DNA of 64,000 nucleotides from a virus (taxonomy: Duplodnaviria; Heunggongvirae; Uroviricota; Caudoviricetes): the IMG/VR virus record IMGVR_UViG_3300013902_000267; one strand, given 5' to 3'. The stretch's first letter is position 1. Each line of letters starts with the position of its first letter. Positions 29,039-40,087 of this stretch are shown in pieces. Under the pieces are notes generated by a model that had not been told where the DNA came from, made no database searches, and saw only the letters and a program-made list of their open reading frames with translations. Position numbers and translations under genes: made by a program.

Positions 29039-29758
29039 TTAATTATTTTTAAAAATTTTTTCTTTCCAATAATTAAAGTCAATATCTTTGATTTGATATT
29101 GAATTAAATTTCCAGTTAATACATCAGAAAGTTTTACAGGTTTATAATCATTTCCATCAACACCAACATCATATGTCATTGCTTTTTCTTTTAATTTCTT
29201 AGCAATATTTGCATCTGTACCTGTATATGTTTCAACATTCTTTGGTGTATGCAGATGTCCATGTATATTGAACTTTCCTAAAAATTGACCATCACAATGT
29301 GGATAATGTGAAACTGTAAATTGAAGAATTATTTTATCTTTATAATCGTCATATATTTGTACAATAAGTTCTGTACTCCAATATACTTTACTATTCTCAT
29401 TATATGGCATCATATTCCTTCTTTGCAATACATTCTTTACATCATGATTTCCAATAATATTATAAATCTTTTCAGCATTAATATTATTAACCATTTCATC
29501 ATATGTACTTACATTACTAAATATAAAATCACCACAATTTATAAGTATTGGATTAACGCATTCAGATAAAGTTTCATTAAGATTATCAAATAAAACTTTA
29601 TTCATTTCTTGTACATCTTTAAATGGTCGATTACAATATTTTATTATATTTGCATGATTTGCATGTATATCACTAGTAAAAAATATTCTATTTATATCAG
29701 ATACTTTAAACTTTAATATATGCGGCCCCATTACTACTGTTTTCTTTTCTTGCTTCAT
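29039..29758 (-). CDS. calcineurin-like metallophosphoesterase
   Basis: FFTSDIHANH, CGDFIF, IIGNHD and IHGHLH motifs. Confidence 0.7.
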   Translation of the reverse strand: MKQEKKTVVMGPHILKFKVSDINRIFFTSDIHANHANIIKYCNRPFKDVQEMNKVLFDNLNETLSECVNPILINCGDFIFSNVSTYDEMVNNINAEKIYNIIGNHDVKNVLQRRNMMPYNENSKVYWSTELIVQIYDDYKDKIILQFTVSHYPHCDGQFLGKFNIHGHLHTPKNVETYTGTDANIAKKLKEKAMTYDVGVDGNDYKPVKLSDVLTGNLIQYQIKDIDFNYWKEKIFKNN

Positions 29759-29761
29759 TAT

Positions 29762-30016
29762 TTACCAAAATCCCCTTTTATAATCTTCATATTCTACATA
29801 ACATCTTTCTACATTCCTAAATAGAATTTTAAAATAACGTGGAAGTTCATCATACATTAATGCTAAACATTGATCTACACTTAATGGATCAACTATATAT
29901 TCATGTCCAGATAATTCCCAACATTTAGTTATAAGTTTTGCTTCACTTTCAACATAATCACACATAAATGGAGCAATCCATATATTACCAGAGTTCTTAA
30001 TTGTTACAATTCTCAT
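29762..30016 (-). CDS. hypothetical protein
   Basis: Track ORF of 84 aa. Confidence 0.5.
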   Translation of the reverse strand: MRIVTIKNSGNIWIAPFMCDYVESEAKLITKCWELSGHEYIVDPLSVDQCLALMYDELPRYFKILFRNVERCYVEYEDYKRGFW

Positions 30017-30018
30017 TA

Positions 30019-30822
30019 TTACATATTTCTAAATGAAGTTTTTGGATCAAAACCTGCATTTATAATTTTTGTTTTATTATCAGGTAAGCATTCAGGTTCT
30101 TTCTTTGTTTCCCAAAGAAAATTCTCTATATCTATATAAACATTCTGTTCATTCGTTATTCTACTTCTATTTGAACCTAATACATCAAACTTTTGTTTTA
30201 CAAATATAGGATTAATTGTTAATCCTGCATTACCATCAAGATAGTGAGAAATATCATCTGATTCATTAGCATACATAAAAGTAGGTGATTCAAGCTTTCT
30301 GAATATATCTGGATTCTCTATTTTCCAACTTTGTTTTTCAAATTCAAATTTAGGAATATACCACCTACTATTTCTATCATACAATTTATCAATATGAAGC
30401 TTTTCTCTTAATCCATTTTTCTTACAATATTCATCAAATTTACATTGGACCTTATTATAAATTTTATCCCACAAATTCTTATCATGTACATATTCTTCAG
30501 CAACTGGTATAGGATTTAATTCAATAGGGACATATGTATTTCTTGTAATTTTATGCATAATTACATAAAATGGACATATATAGATATAAGGATAAAATCC
30601 ACATACAATAGATTCCATCCATGCTACATAATCTTCTTTAAATCCATATGTATGAAAATAAAGATGTCCATAATCATGAATTTCCTTTATAATAGATTTA
30701 TATTTTTTATCATCTTTATCTATTTGTATAGGATTACGTACATAGGTAATACTTTCATCTGGTTTACCAAGAATAAATCCAAATGAATCATAAAAATCCT
30801 TATATTTTGATACTATTTTCAT
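30019..30822 (-). CDS. hypothetical protein
   Basis: Track ORF of 267 aa. Confidence 0.55.
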   Translation of the reverse strand: MKIVSKYKDFYDSFGFILGKPDESITYVRNPIQIDKDDKKYKSIIKEIHDYGHLYFHTYGFKEDYVAWMESIVCGFYPYIYICPFYVIMHKITRNTYVPIELNPIPVAEEYVHDKNLWDKIYNKVQCKFDEYCKKNGLREKLHIDKLYDRNSRWYIPKFEFEKQSWKIENPDIFRKLESPTFMYANESDDISHYLDGNAGLTINPIFVKQKFDVLGSNRSRITNEQNVYIDIENFLWETKKEPECLPDNKTKIINAGFDPKTSFRNM

Positions 30823-30827
30823 AATGA

Positions 30828-31280
30828 TTAAACTTTCATTTCTTTGTTAGATTCTGCAATATAAAGTTTCATATGTGTAAATATCATATATCCCCTATAT
30901 ACAGTATCTAAATTTTCATTTTCGTAAAAATGCTTTACTGCATTCTTCCTTTGTTCTTCACGTATTTCATCTATTCCTCTCCATTGAGATTCAGACCTAT
31001 ATGTATATTCATTAAATTTAAATCCATATGAATATTGTTCATATAAATCATTATTTAGTTTTCGAACGTGATTATATATATTTTCCCAAAGTTTCTTATC
31101 TATCCGTTTATTTGCATTCATAAAAAGATAAATCATGTCATAATTATCTTCTATATATGTAGCAAATGTTTCTTTAATATATGGCTGAAATTCTTCATAT
31201 GGATGATGTTTCTTTGGACGACCTCGTTTTCTTTTAACCGGTTGTTCAATAATTTCTTCAGTATCTTTAATTTCTTCCAT
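30828..31280 (-). CDS. hypothetical protein
   Basis: Track ORF of 150 aa. Confidence 0.5.
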   Translation of the reverse strand: MEEIKDTEEIIEQPVKRKRGRPKKHHPYEEFQPYIKETFATYIEDNYDMIYLFMNANKRIDKKLWENIYNHVRKLNNDLYEQYSYGFKFNEYTYRSESQWRGIDEIREEQRKNAVKHFYENENLDTVYRGYMIFTHMKLYIAESNKEMKV

Positions 31281-31282
31281 TT

Positions 31283-31477
31283 TTACTTTGCAAACTTTAA
31301 TTTCATAATAAGTTCATCCACTAATTCACCTGGAACATCATTCACTTTAATATATTGATTATCAAACTCAGACCATACACATGTGCATTCAGTCCACTTC
31401 AATACATCAATTAACTTTTGAACCATATCCTTTGAAAGTGATACTTGATTATTATTTCCTTTAAGTGTAAAATCCAT
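31283..31477 (-). CDS. hypothetical protein
   Basis: Track ORF of 64 aa. Confidence 0.45.
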   Translation of the reverse strand: MDFTLKGNNNQVSLSKDMVQKLIDVLKWTECTCVWSEFDNQYIKVNDVPGELVDELIMKLKFAK

Positions 31478-31598
31478 TATCGTTTTAATTTAAGTTATTA
31501 ATATACATATATTACTTTAAAAATATTGATTTGTTTACTCATATAAAATAAAAAATCTCTAATAATCTTTCAAAATTATTAGAGATAAAAATATAAAA

Positions 31599-32393
31599 TT
31601 ACTTTCCAAGAATTAAATTAGGAATTCCGTGACTACCAACATATGTTTTTGGTAGTTCTCCTGTCCATTTTTCAATTGCCATTTTTTGAATAAGCAAAGG
31701 TGTAAGAGACTGTTCTTTCAACTTATTTGCTTTAGCTTCTGCTTCTGCAAGAACAATCTTTTTCTTTGCTTCTGCTTCTGCCACGCGTATCTCATTGCTG
31801 ACTCGCATTTCATCTTGTATAGCTTTGTTTTTAGCATTAATAGCTTCTTCATAAGATTTCGGATAACCAATACCTGGTGTTAGTTGCTGAAGAATAAAAT
31901 GTTCTTTTGCAAATGATTTTCTAACTCTATCCTCAAATGATTTATCAACTGATTCTCGATTTGATACAATCTGATCTGCTGTATACTTGTTGAATTCAAT
32001 ACGAGCAGCGTCTCTAATATATACATATAATGTATTCTTTACAATATCATCAAGTTGCTTACGATATTTCTTAAATATAATAGGCGATTTCCCATCTTCT
32101 ATTTTTACAAGAACTGCTGGATCAACTGTAAATTTTGTTCCATCTTTACTGTTTACTTCAAATGATGGATAATCTACTGTCTGAATATATGTAGGATATT
32201 CAAATACGTCATTCGTAAATGGACAATACCATTTAACGCCTGTACATAGACTTACTTCACCCACACCCTTATCATCACCATAAAGATTTACATAAATACC
32301 TTCACACCCTGCGTCTATCCTCTCATACCAGCAAGATGTCAAACTCATACATGCTATAATAGCAACAATAAAATTCAATAGAATTTTCTTCAT
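31599..32393 (-). CDS. SPFH/band-7 family lipoprotein
   Basis: Signal peptide with lipobox (ACMSLTSC), an SPFH-like core, and the Ala/Glu coiled coil RVAEAEAKKKIVLAEAEAKANKLKEQ typical of HflK/C and prohibitin proteins. Confidence 0.65.
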   Translation of the reverse strand: MKKILLNFIVAIIACMSLTSCWYERIDAGCEGIYVNLYGDDKGVGEVSLCTGVKWYCPFTNDVFEYPTYIQTVDYPSFEVNSKDGTKFTVDPAVLVKIEDGKSPIIFKKYRKQLDDIVKNTLYVYIRDAARIEFNKYTADQIVSNRESVDKSFEDRVRKSFAKEHFILQQLTPGIGYPKSYEEAINAKNKAIQDEMRVSNEIRVAEAEAKKKIVLAEAEAKANKLKEQSLTPLLIQKMAIEKWTGELPKTYVGSHGIPNLILGK

Positions 32394-32418
32394 ATAAAAT
32401 TATATTTTAAATAGTTAA

Positions 32419-32670
32419 TTAATGTTGTATATTCTTATTCATTTCTTTTTGTCTCTTCATATATCTAATATAAAAATCATTATAATATCGCAATACAATA
32501 ATACAGCAATATATAGTAAATAATATAACAAATAACGCTACAATATTTAAAATCGTAGATGTTACAGAAAGTAATGTAGGTATTGCATATCCAAACATTA
32601 CAACCAGCAGAATAATAAATCCTGATGTTACTGTATAAATTCCTAATTTTCTAAGTGGATTATGATACAT
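32419..32670 (-). CDS. small membrane protein (2 TM helices)
   Basis: Track ORF of 83 aa with two long hydrophobic segments. Confidence 0.5.
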   Translation of the reverse strand: MYHNPLRKLGIYTVTSGFIILLVVMFGYAIPTLLSVTSTILNIVALFVILFTIYCCIIVLRYYNDFYIRYMKRQKEMNKNIQH

Positions 32671-32779
32671 AGTTTTAATTTTTATAATTATAATTTTATA
32701 TAATTATTTATTACATTTGTCTACTTTTAATATAAAGAAAAGAGAATAACAAGTTAATGTTATTCTCTTCAATATAAAA

Positions 32780-34816
32780 TTACTTTTCAATCATCTTAAT
32801 AGATCTCTTAACGAATTTCGCTAAATCTTCACCTTGAAGCAAACCATACTGCAACAATGCAATATCAATCAACTCGTGAATATGATTATCTGTATGTGCA
32901 TGATTATTGATGATTTCTTTCTTCTTCTCTAGGACTTTATCAAGTTCTTCCTTAATAGGTTTCTTTGCATCATCATTTTCTGCGTTTTCAAGGCGTGAAT
33001 TAATGTCTTTAACTTGTTCATTAATTTCATTAATTGCAGGTCCAATTTCTTTTTCTGCAATCTTAATAATTTTCTTAACAACCTTTGAATCTGCATTAAT
33101 TACAAATTTAATATTTGCATTATCCTCAAGATACATACCAGCATTATTAAGCATAGACATTTCTTTCATACGACGGAAGAACTCATCTGCGATAATAGTA
33201 ATAGGCAAAGCATCCTTGCCATCTTGCTTAACCTGGAATTGATGTGTAATCTTAGGAAGATTCAAATCAATACAATCAAACAAAGAAATAAGCATACTAA
33301 TAATATTATCAGAAATTGGTTTAACTTTCTTTGTATCATCTTCTTTCTGAATAAGTTCCTCTGGTACTGCAGAGTCAATTCTCTTAAATGTTACATTCTT
33401 ATCCTGAAGTTTCATCTCGAATGTATGAACTTCAAATGCACCATATTGACTATTAAACAACAAGATGTTATATCCATATTCCTTCAATGCTTCAATATAT
33501 GTATATTGTGTAGCAGTATCATATGTATAAAGATATACAATCTTTCCATTCTTATCTTTCTGTGTCTCTAATACCTTATCATAATATTCATCAAAAGTAT
33601 ACATCTTATTATCTGTATCAACAAGAAGAATAATATCCTTTGCCTTGTCAAAAATATTAGGCTCCGTTACAACACCAAGGTTAATAAATGTTTTAATCGT
33701 CTCCCATTTCTTTTCATATGTTTCACGATCTTTCTTCATAAGAGTTCTCAATGAACTCATTACCTTATTTGTAATATGTGAACTAATCTTCTTAACATTC
33801 GCATCATTCTGAAGAACTGATCTTGAAACATTCAAAGGAATATCAGGGGAATCAATCACACCATGAAGAAGACTCAAATAATCTGGCAATACACCATCAA
33901 CATCATCTGTAACGAATACGCGGTTACAATACAAATTCAAATGTCTACGTTCAAAAATAGGATGTTTTTGATCGAATGCTGGGAAATAAAGAATACCCTT
34001 AAATGTAAATGGTGTATCAATATTAATATGAATCCAGAAAAGAGGGTCAGGTCTACCAGGAAATGTATCCTTATAAAACTTAATATAATCTTCATCTTTA
34101 AGTTCTGATGCAGACTTCAACCACAATGGTTCATCTCTTGTAATCAAATTTTCTGTAGGCTCTGGATATGTAACTTCACCTGTAGACGCATCTGTTGTAG
34201 GTGCAGGAATATCTTTAAGATAAATCTTTACAGGAAGATATTCAGCATATTTCTTAAGAAGTTCAGAAAGTTTTGAATTATTTACATATTCCTTATACTC
34301 ATCAGAAATATGCATAATTACATCTGTACCAACAGTTTCTTTATCATCATCTACAAGAGTAAATTCTGTTGTTCCTTCACAAGTCCAACGACATGCTGTT
34401 GAACCTTCCTTATAACTCTTTGTGACAATCTCAACCTTTGAACTCACCATGAAACTTGAATAGAATCCAAGTCCAAAATGTCCAATAATCTGAGTATCTT
34501 TATATTTCTCAAGAAAATCATTAGCACCCGAAAATGCAATCTGATTAATATACTTCTCTACTTCATCAGCAGTCATACCGATACCCATATCAGATACAGT
34601 AATAGTATTATCTTCATGATTAATAGATACTGTAACTTTCAAATCATCGGGATTTGCATTATACTCATTTGCGCTAATAACCTTAACAAGTTTCTCTGTT
34701 GCATCAACTGCATTACTAACAATCTCACGGATAAAAATATCCTGATCGTTGTACATGAACTTTTTTATCAATGGAAAAATATCCTAACTAGTAACTCCAA
34801 TATTACCTTTTTGCAT
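32780..34816 (-). CDS. htpG: HSP90-family chaperone HtpG (1 in-frame TAG at 34784-34786)
   Basis: EIVSNAVDA, DMGIGMT and IGHFGLGFYS GHKL motifs. Start extended to MQKGNIGVTS-TAG-DIFPLIKKF, in frame with track ORF 32780-34771. Confidence 0.85.
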
Positions 34817-34893
34817 ATTTAATTATCAATAAAATTTTTATTTAATTATTATACTCTAATATAAGTTAATTGTTTGAATTATTTTAAAATAAA

Positions 34894-34924
34894 AAAGGGT
34901 ATAACCTTTAGAGTTATACCCTTT
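34894..34924 (-). terminator. rho-independent terminator
   Basis: AAAGGGTATAAC / GTTATACCCTTT perfect 12-bp hairpin, followed by a T run on the minus strand. Confidence 0.55.
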
Positions 34925-35057
34925 AAAAATTAATAGTATGTTTTTAATAATTATTCAAAATCTAAAAGTCCAATAAAATCTCCGCTTTAAATTAACCTCC
35001 AATAACACAGGGACATTCATTACTCATTAATCATCCAATTAATCTATAATACTATTT

Positions 35058-35076
35058 TCATCTCATTTTCAACTCC
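35058..35076. repeat. 19-nt direct repeat copy 1 (TCATCTCATTTTCAACTCC)
   Basis: Repeats at 35127-35145 with one mismatch, inside an ORF-free 570-bp region. Confidence 0.6.
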
Positions 35077-35126
35077 TAAACTTATATCAAACTTTTATTT
35101 TAAAATAAAAATCTTTATAAAAATTA

Positions 35127-35145
35127 TCATCTCATTTTCAATTCC
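35127..35145. repeat. 19-nt direct repeat copy 2 (TCATCTCATTTTCAATTCC)
   Basis: See copy 1; the spacing is 69 bp. Confidence 0.6.
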
Positions 35146-35495
35146 AATATATTACTTCATAATCTTCAAATTAACTTTCTTGGGTATAATACTACTGTAC
35201 TATTAAAATAAAGTTTCAATAATACCTTCCTAATAAACTGAAATAACTAATAAATAGTATCTAATTTATGTTTTTACTTGATTTATGGGATTATCAGAAA
35301 TATGTATATTGTTTATTCTTAAATATATTTAATCGTTCATATTCTATTATATATTACTACAACTATACATATATTCATATCATATTTCTAATTATAAATA
35401 TCTATTGATACTTATCTGATAAAGGAAATGGTCATAAAATCATAATGGTTTAGCCTATAGATTCAGTTATACTATTATTTTTTATATTATATCTT

Positions 35496-35921
35496 TTACT
35501 TATTAGTACTATCCTCTTTATTATTTTGAGCAATATCTTCATTCATCATTCGATAAATACGCTCAGGTGATTCATTGAATGTTGCAGACTCAATTGTCTC
35601 ATTATTAAAGTAAATAGTTGATACATACTTTCCAGATTCCTCTGTTTGAGAAATAACAGAAATAATATCTGTATTTACAATCATTACAGAATTATCGTCA
35701 TTCGAATGAAGCTTCAAAAAATCTGTATTACCAAAATCAATAATATTTTGATAAATTTTCTCGGGTGTTTCATTCACTGTAATACTATCAATATTATCAT
35801 CATCAAAATATACAGTTGTTACTTTATCTTCTGTACATACAATACTAATCTTATTAATACGTATAATAATAACACTGTTATCTTCCTTTGAATGAAGTTT
35901 CAAAAACTTATTTGTTGACAT
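35496..35921 (-). CDS. hypothetical protein with internal tandem domain duplication
   Basis: FLKLHSKEDNSVIII...ETPEKIYQNI repeats as FLKLHSNDDNSVMIV...ESPERIYRMM. Confidence 0.5.
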   Translation of the reverse strand: MSTNKFLKLHSKEDNSVIIIRINKISIVCTEDKVTTVYFDDDNIDSITVNETPEKIYQNIIDFGNTDFLKLHSNDDNSVMIVNTDIISVISQTEESGKYVSTIYFNNETIESATFNESPERIYRMMNEDIAQNNKEDSTNK

Positions 35922-36016
35922 ATTTGTTATTTAGTTTATATTACTTTATTAAATTCAAATTACAATAATCATATAATGTAAATTAGATAAAGTCTATAAT
36001 TTATTTAAAATATTTT

Positions 36017-36421
36017 TTACTTACAAGGAATCCAATTAAACTCCATAGAAAATACTTGCAATCCTGGTTCATACTTAATATGATACATTTTGCAATCATT
36101 TCTATTTAATGTAAATATAGTTCCTTGTGGTCCTTCTACTTGCTTAAGAATTAATACATTAAGAAGTTGACTTTTTGATGTATAAATAAACTTCTTACAT
36201 ATATATTTCTTAACTATTTCTCTTGATCCACAAACTGACTTTTGCCTAAGCATATACTTTTGTCCAATAACAAACTTTTTGTTAACAAGAGCTTTTGCAT
36301 TATTCTTTGCCTCTTGTTTTGATAATTCAACAATAGGTTCAATTAATGCGTCTTGCTCTTGTTCTTGCTTAGTCTTTAGTTCAGATTTTTTTGGACTCGC
36401 TTCCATCAAAAAAAATCCCAT
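36017..36421 (-). CDS. hypothetical protein
   Basis: Track ORF of 134 aa. Confidence 0.45.
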   Translation of the reverse strand: MGFFLMEASPKKSELKTKQEQEQDALIEPIVELSKQEAKNNAKALVNKKFVIGQKYMLRQKSVCGSREIVKKYICKKFIYTSKSQLLNVLILKQVEGPQGTIFTLNRNDCKMYHIKYEPGLQVFSMEFNWIPCK

Positions 36422-36438
36422 AACTATATATACTAAAA

Positions 36439-37560
36439 TTACTTTTTATCTGTATCTGTCAATGATACTTCAAGTTGACGTGCAAATTCACGCAAATGAT
36501 GCTCATATTCTTTTCGCTCCTCTGCACCACGTTCATGAATATTCTTAACTTCCTGAATAGTCTGAATAAGTTCCTGAGTTGTGTCCTTAAGTGTATCAAG
36601 TTTAATAACCGATTCCTCACTTGCCTTTGCAACATTAACAGAATTCATATGCAATGCCTTTGCATTTTCACGAAGGATCTTATTCGTTGTATCAGTAATT
36701 CTTTGTTGTGCCTCAATAGAATTTTTCTGATTATTCATAATGATACTAATAGAAATCTGATTCTTCCACAACGGTAAAACATTATTTACAATATTATCAG
36801 ACTTATCTGCAATTGCAATATTATTTTGCTGAGTTGCTCTAATCTGAAGAAGATTCTGCGTCAATACATATTCAGTTGTCTCCATATCAACAACCTTCTT
36901 CTGGATCTGATTCAAGAAATTCTGAGTATCATTAATCTCATACATTTCATAATCATTTGCATGTGCCTTCATATTTTCAAGTTCATCCTTTACTGCTTGC
37001 TCACGAATTTTAGCAGCCAAAATCAACTCTCGTATTTGCTCAATATATGATACATTAGCATCAAAAATAACATTAAGTGTTGAGTTATCTCTCAATGCAA
37101 CAGTACGTGCTTGGTCAATCTTTTCACCAATCTTAGATACACTATCCTTAATAGTATCATATTTTGTCATAATAGACTCAACAGAAGTCATCATCTTTCC
37201 AATAATAGGGAAATTACGCCAAAACTTCTTCCATCGTGTATTAGTATTAATCTCATCAATATCAATAAGATTAAGTTGTCCAAGAAGTTCATTTGTCAAC
37301 TGAACAACAACAGATGAATTATCGCCACGAACAGAATTCAAAAGGTTATCACCATTTCGAGAAATAACAGAGCTAAGTTCCTTACCATATGATGTAACAG
37401 TTGTCATATCATGTCGATCAAGTTTCTCTGTCTTTTGTAGATACTTTTGCTTTTCATCAGCAGACATAACAGCAATACGCTGATCATAGTTATACTGATT
37501 TTGAGTAAGGGTTTCTACTTGTCCCTTCTCATTAAACATTGCTACTTTTGTATTATCCAT
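36439..37560 (-). CDS. TelA-like (toxic anion resistance family) protein
   Basis: 373-aa all-helical protein. By-eye resemblance to the TelA/KlaA family (N-terminal ..TSYGKEL.., long coiled regions); not verified. Confidence 0.5.
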   Translation of the reverse strand: MDNTKVAMFNEKGQVETLTQNQYNYDQRIAVMSADEKQKYLQKTEKLDRHDMTTVTSYGKELSSVISRNGDNLLNSVRGDNSSVVVQLTNELLGQLNLIDIDEINTNTRWKKFWRNFPIIGKMMTSVESIMTKYDTIKDSVSKIGEKIDQARTVALRDNSTLNVIFDANVSYIEQIRELILAAKIREQAVKDELENMKAHANDYEMYEINDTQNFLNQIQKKVVDMETTEYVLTQNLLQIRATQQNNIAIADKSDNIVNNVLPLWKNQISISIIMNNQKNSIEAQQRITDTTNKILRENAKALHMNSVNVAKASEESVIKLDTLKDTTQELIQTIQEVKNIHERGAEERKEYEHHLREFARQLEVSLTDTDKK

Positions 37561-37633
37561 TAACTTTAGTAATTTAAAATTATTAATTAAAATTTACATT
37601 AATATATATAATAACTTATTAAAAATGTTTAAT

Positions 37634-38197
37634 TTACCAACCACATTTTTCAGTTATTAACTTTAATTTGTCTTTCTCCTCTTTTTTCAATGCATCAACT
37701 TCTTCTTTTACCATATGTGGATCATCATATATTTGAATTTTAGGTAAAACTTTTTTATTCTTATTACGACCCCACATTTCATTTAGATATTTGCTATATT
37801 TAGACATCGCTTCAAATCTATAATCAGGTGCATATCTATTATTATTTGTTGCAATATAATATAATTCTTCCTTTTTCTTATCAACGAAATCTTCTAATGT
37901 TTTGTTATTACCTATATATCTTTCCAATAATCTATAATTAAAAGATGTATTTTGAATATTATCCGGAGTAATAGTATTTGCAAGAATTTTTTTACGTTCT
38001 CTATCAATAACAATATATCTAAGTTCACATACGTTAAGTTCTTCGATAAAATTATCACAAACAGACTTATCATCAAATTCTTCTGCTTGTTCATTATCTG
38101 AATTTTGTGGAATACCGTAATTATTGATAGATCTAATCTTATCTATATAAATAACTACATATCTCTTATGCCATAAATATCTTCTATAATTATTCAT
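37634..38197 (-). CDS. hypothetical protein
   Basis: Track ORF of 187 aa. Confidence 0.5.
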   Translation of the reverse strand: MNNYRRYLWHKRYVVIYIDKIRSINNYGIPQNSDNEQAEEFDDKSVCDNFIEELNVCELRYIVIDRERKKILANTITPDNIQNTSFNYRLLERYIGNNKTLEDFVDKKKEELYYIATNNNRYAPDYRFEAMSKYSKYLNEMWGRNKNKKVLPKIQIYDDPHMVKEEVDALKKEEKDKLKLITEKCGW

Positions 38198-38202
38198 AAT
38201 AA

Positions 38203-38982
38203 TTAAACTTTATCTTGACTAAATATATTATATGAAATATTAAATTCTTTCTCGTTATTTGTTATATTTTTAATAGTACCGAATTCATCTATCATAAATC
38301 CAGCTCTACAATCCAAACATGCATATGTTTCTCTAAATATAGGTGTTTCTTGTTGTTGTGTATGTCCAAATATCTGATAATAAATATCATCTAATTTATT
38401 ATCTTCATATTGTAATTCGCATTCATCAGCCCAAAGTATTGAACCGTATTTAGAATACCCTCCACGTGCATATCCTACATAATCAAAAACTTTTGCTAAC
38501 TTTTGATTATCATGTTTCCGTATAAGTTCATTTAAATATGTAATAGAATCATAAATATTCTTATGTTTTATTTCACCTACATATTCGTTTTTCCATTGAT
38601 TACCAATACATGAATGACTAAATGTTACCATACAATCATTTATCATTCTGTATGTAACTACTTTAAAATATTTTATATTATCAATAAACAATTTACGATA
38701 TTCATCAGCATGCTCATAATCATATCGCGATCTAGATAAAAATTTCTTGCTGATATATTGTATATCATGATTTCCTAATAATAGTGTTACTTTATCAATA
38801 TTTTTAGATTTAAAATCAAGAATTTCTTTGAAATTACTTATAGCATCATCTATAGTTATTCCTTCATATCTATATGGATCCAAATAATCACCTAAGAATA
38901 TAATTTCATCACATTCTTGATTCACACATTCTTTCCAAAATGTACGTCCATGAATATCCGGTATAATTATAATTTTACTCAT
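38203..38982 (-). CDS. Ser/Thr-phosphatase-like metallophosphoesterase
   Basis: IIPDIHGR, FLGDYLDP, LLGNHD and IFGHT motifs. Confidence 0.7.
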   Translation of the reverse strand: MSKIIIIPDIHGRTFWKECVNQECDEIIFLGDYLDPYRYEGITIDDAISNFKEILDFKSKNIDKVTLLLGNHDIQYISKKFLSRSRYDYEHADEYRKLFIDNIKYFKVVTYRMINDCMVTFSHSCIGNQWKNEYVGEIKHKNIYDSITYLNELIRKHDNQKLAKVFDYVGYARGGYSKYGSILWADECELQYEDNKLDDIYYQIFGHTQQQETPIFRETYACLDCRAGFMIDEFGTIKNITNNEKEFNISYNIFSQDKV

Positions 38983-39035
38983 TAAATAAAATACTTTTAT
39001 AAATTATATTCATTAGATGATTATTTGTTTGATAA

Positions 39036-40082
39036 TTATTCAGATACATTATCTTTCATAACTTCATGATATTGTTCCTTTGCATATTCTTGCATATCAG
39101 GAACGTCATCTGTTTCATCAATAATTTCAATATTGAGTATTGTTTCGATAACATCCTCCAATGTTACAATACCTCTAAACGTTCCATATTCATCAGTAAT
39201 TGCAGAAATATGTTCATGATTCTTTACCATATCATTAAATATATCTGATACATCTGTAGTATCAATATAGTTATGAATATCATGGACATAATCAGAAATC
39301 TTAATATCCTCCTTTGTTAAATCCAATTCATTCTTAAGAATATAACCACTACAATAGTTATTCATATTCATACAAGGAATACGAGAGAATGTATCACCAT
39401 TAGAAAGATATTTATATAAATCTGTATCTTTATGAACTGTTATATAATCCGCAATAGTTTCAACAACAGTTGCAGGCGTCATAATATCTTCAGCTTTATA
39501 TTGATTAAGTTTCAATATACGTTGAATAATCATATTCTCTTTCTTATCAATTACTCCCTCTTTTGCACCTTCATCTGTCATTGCAATAATCTCTTCACGT
39601 GAAATAGCAACAGCATTATCATTACTAATAAGACGTGTTACAAAATTAAGAATCTTAACCAGTGGATATGTAATATAAATCATTATATTAATTACACGAG
39701 TAACATACAATGTAATATTTTTCCAATAATTTGCACCTATAGTTTTTGGTAAAATCTCAGCAAACATAAGAATCAATACTGTAAATATTGCTGATATGAT
39801 ACCTATAAATGAAGCGCCATCAATACCTTGTTCAACTGCATATGCTGATGCAGCTGAACCAACAATAGATGCACCTACTGTATTTGCAATAGTATTAATA
39901 ATAAGGATAGCAGACAATGGTTTATCCATATTTTCCTTAAAATTTCTTAATATATCTGCCCCAGATTTTCCTTTAAGTGTAGATACAAAAGACATAGGTG
40001 TAGAAGACAAACATGCTTCACATAACGAGCAAATTGCTGATACCACAATGGCAATCAACATATAAATTATAATTGTTTCCAT
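39036..40082 (-). CDS. CNNM/CorC-HlyC family membrane protein (DUF21 + CBS pair)
   Basis: N-terminal multi-TM DUF21-like region, then IMTPATVV and ISAITDEYGTFRGIVTLEDVIETI CBS-pair motifs. Confidence 0.75.
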   Translation of the reverse strand: METIIIYMLIAIVVSAICSLCEACLSSTPMSFVSTLKGKSGADILRNFKENMDKPLSAILIINTIANTVGASIVGSAASAYAVEQGIDGASFIGIISAIFTVLILMFAEILPKTIGANYWKNITLYVTRVINIMIYITYPLVKILNFVTRLISNDNAVAISREEIIAMTDEGAKEGVIDKKENMIIQRILKLNQYKAEDIMTPATVVETIADYITVHKDTDLYKYLSNGDTFSRIPCMNMNNYCSGYILKNELDLTKEDIKISDYVHDIHNYIDTTDVSDIFNDMVKNHEHISAITDEYGTFRGIVTLEDVIETILNIEIIDETDDVPDMQEYAKEQYHEVMKDNVSE

Positions 40083-40087
40083 TTAGC

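Noticed and set aside
32907-34822. Several plus-strand track ORFs inside htpG (32907-33242, 33224-33571, 33863-34108, 34478-34822)
   Set aside because: They are antisense to a strongly supported HSP90 gene and have the Ile/Phe/Leu-rich composition typical of AT-rich antisense frames. The same reasoning rejects the many other antisense track ORFs, for example 4170-4370, 8206-8454, 20908-21183, 26272-26454, 28044-28295, 36475-37317, 48453-48782, 55775-56020 and 59223-59942.
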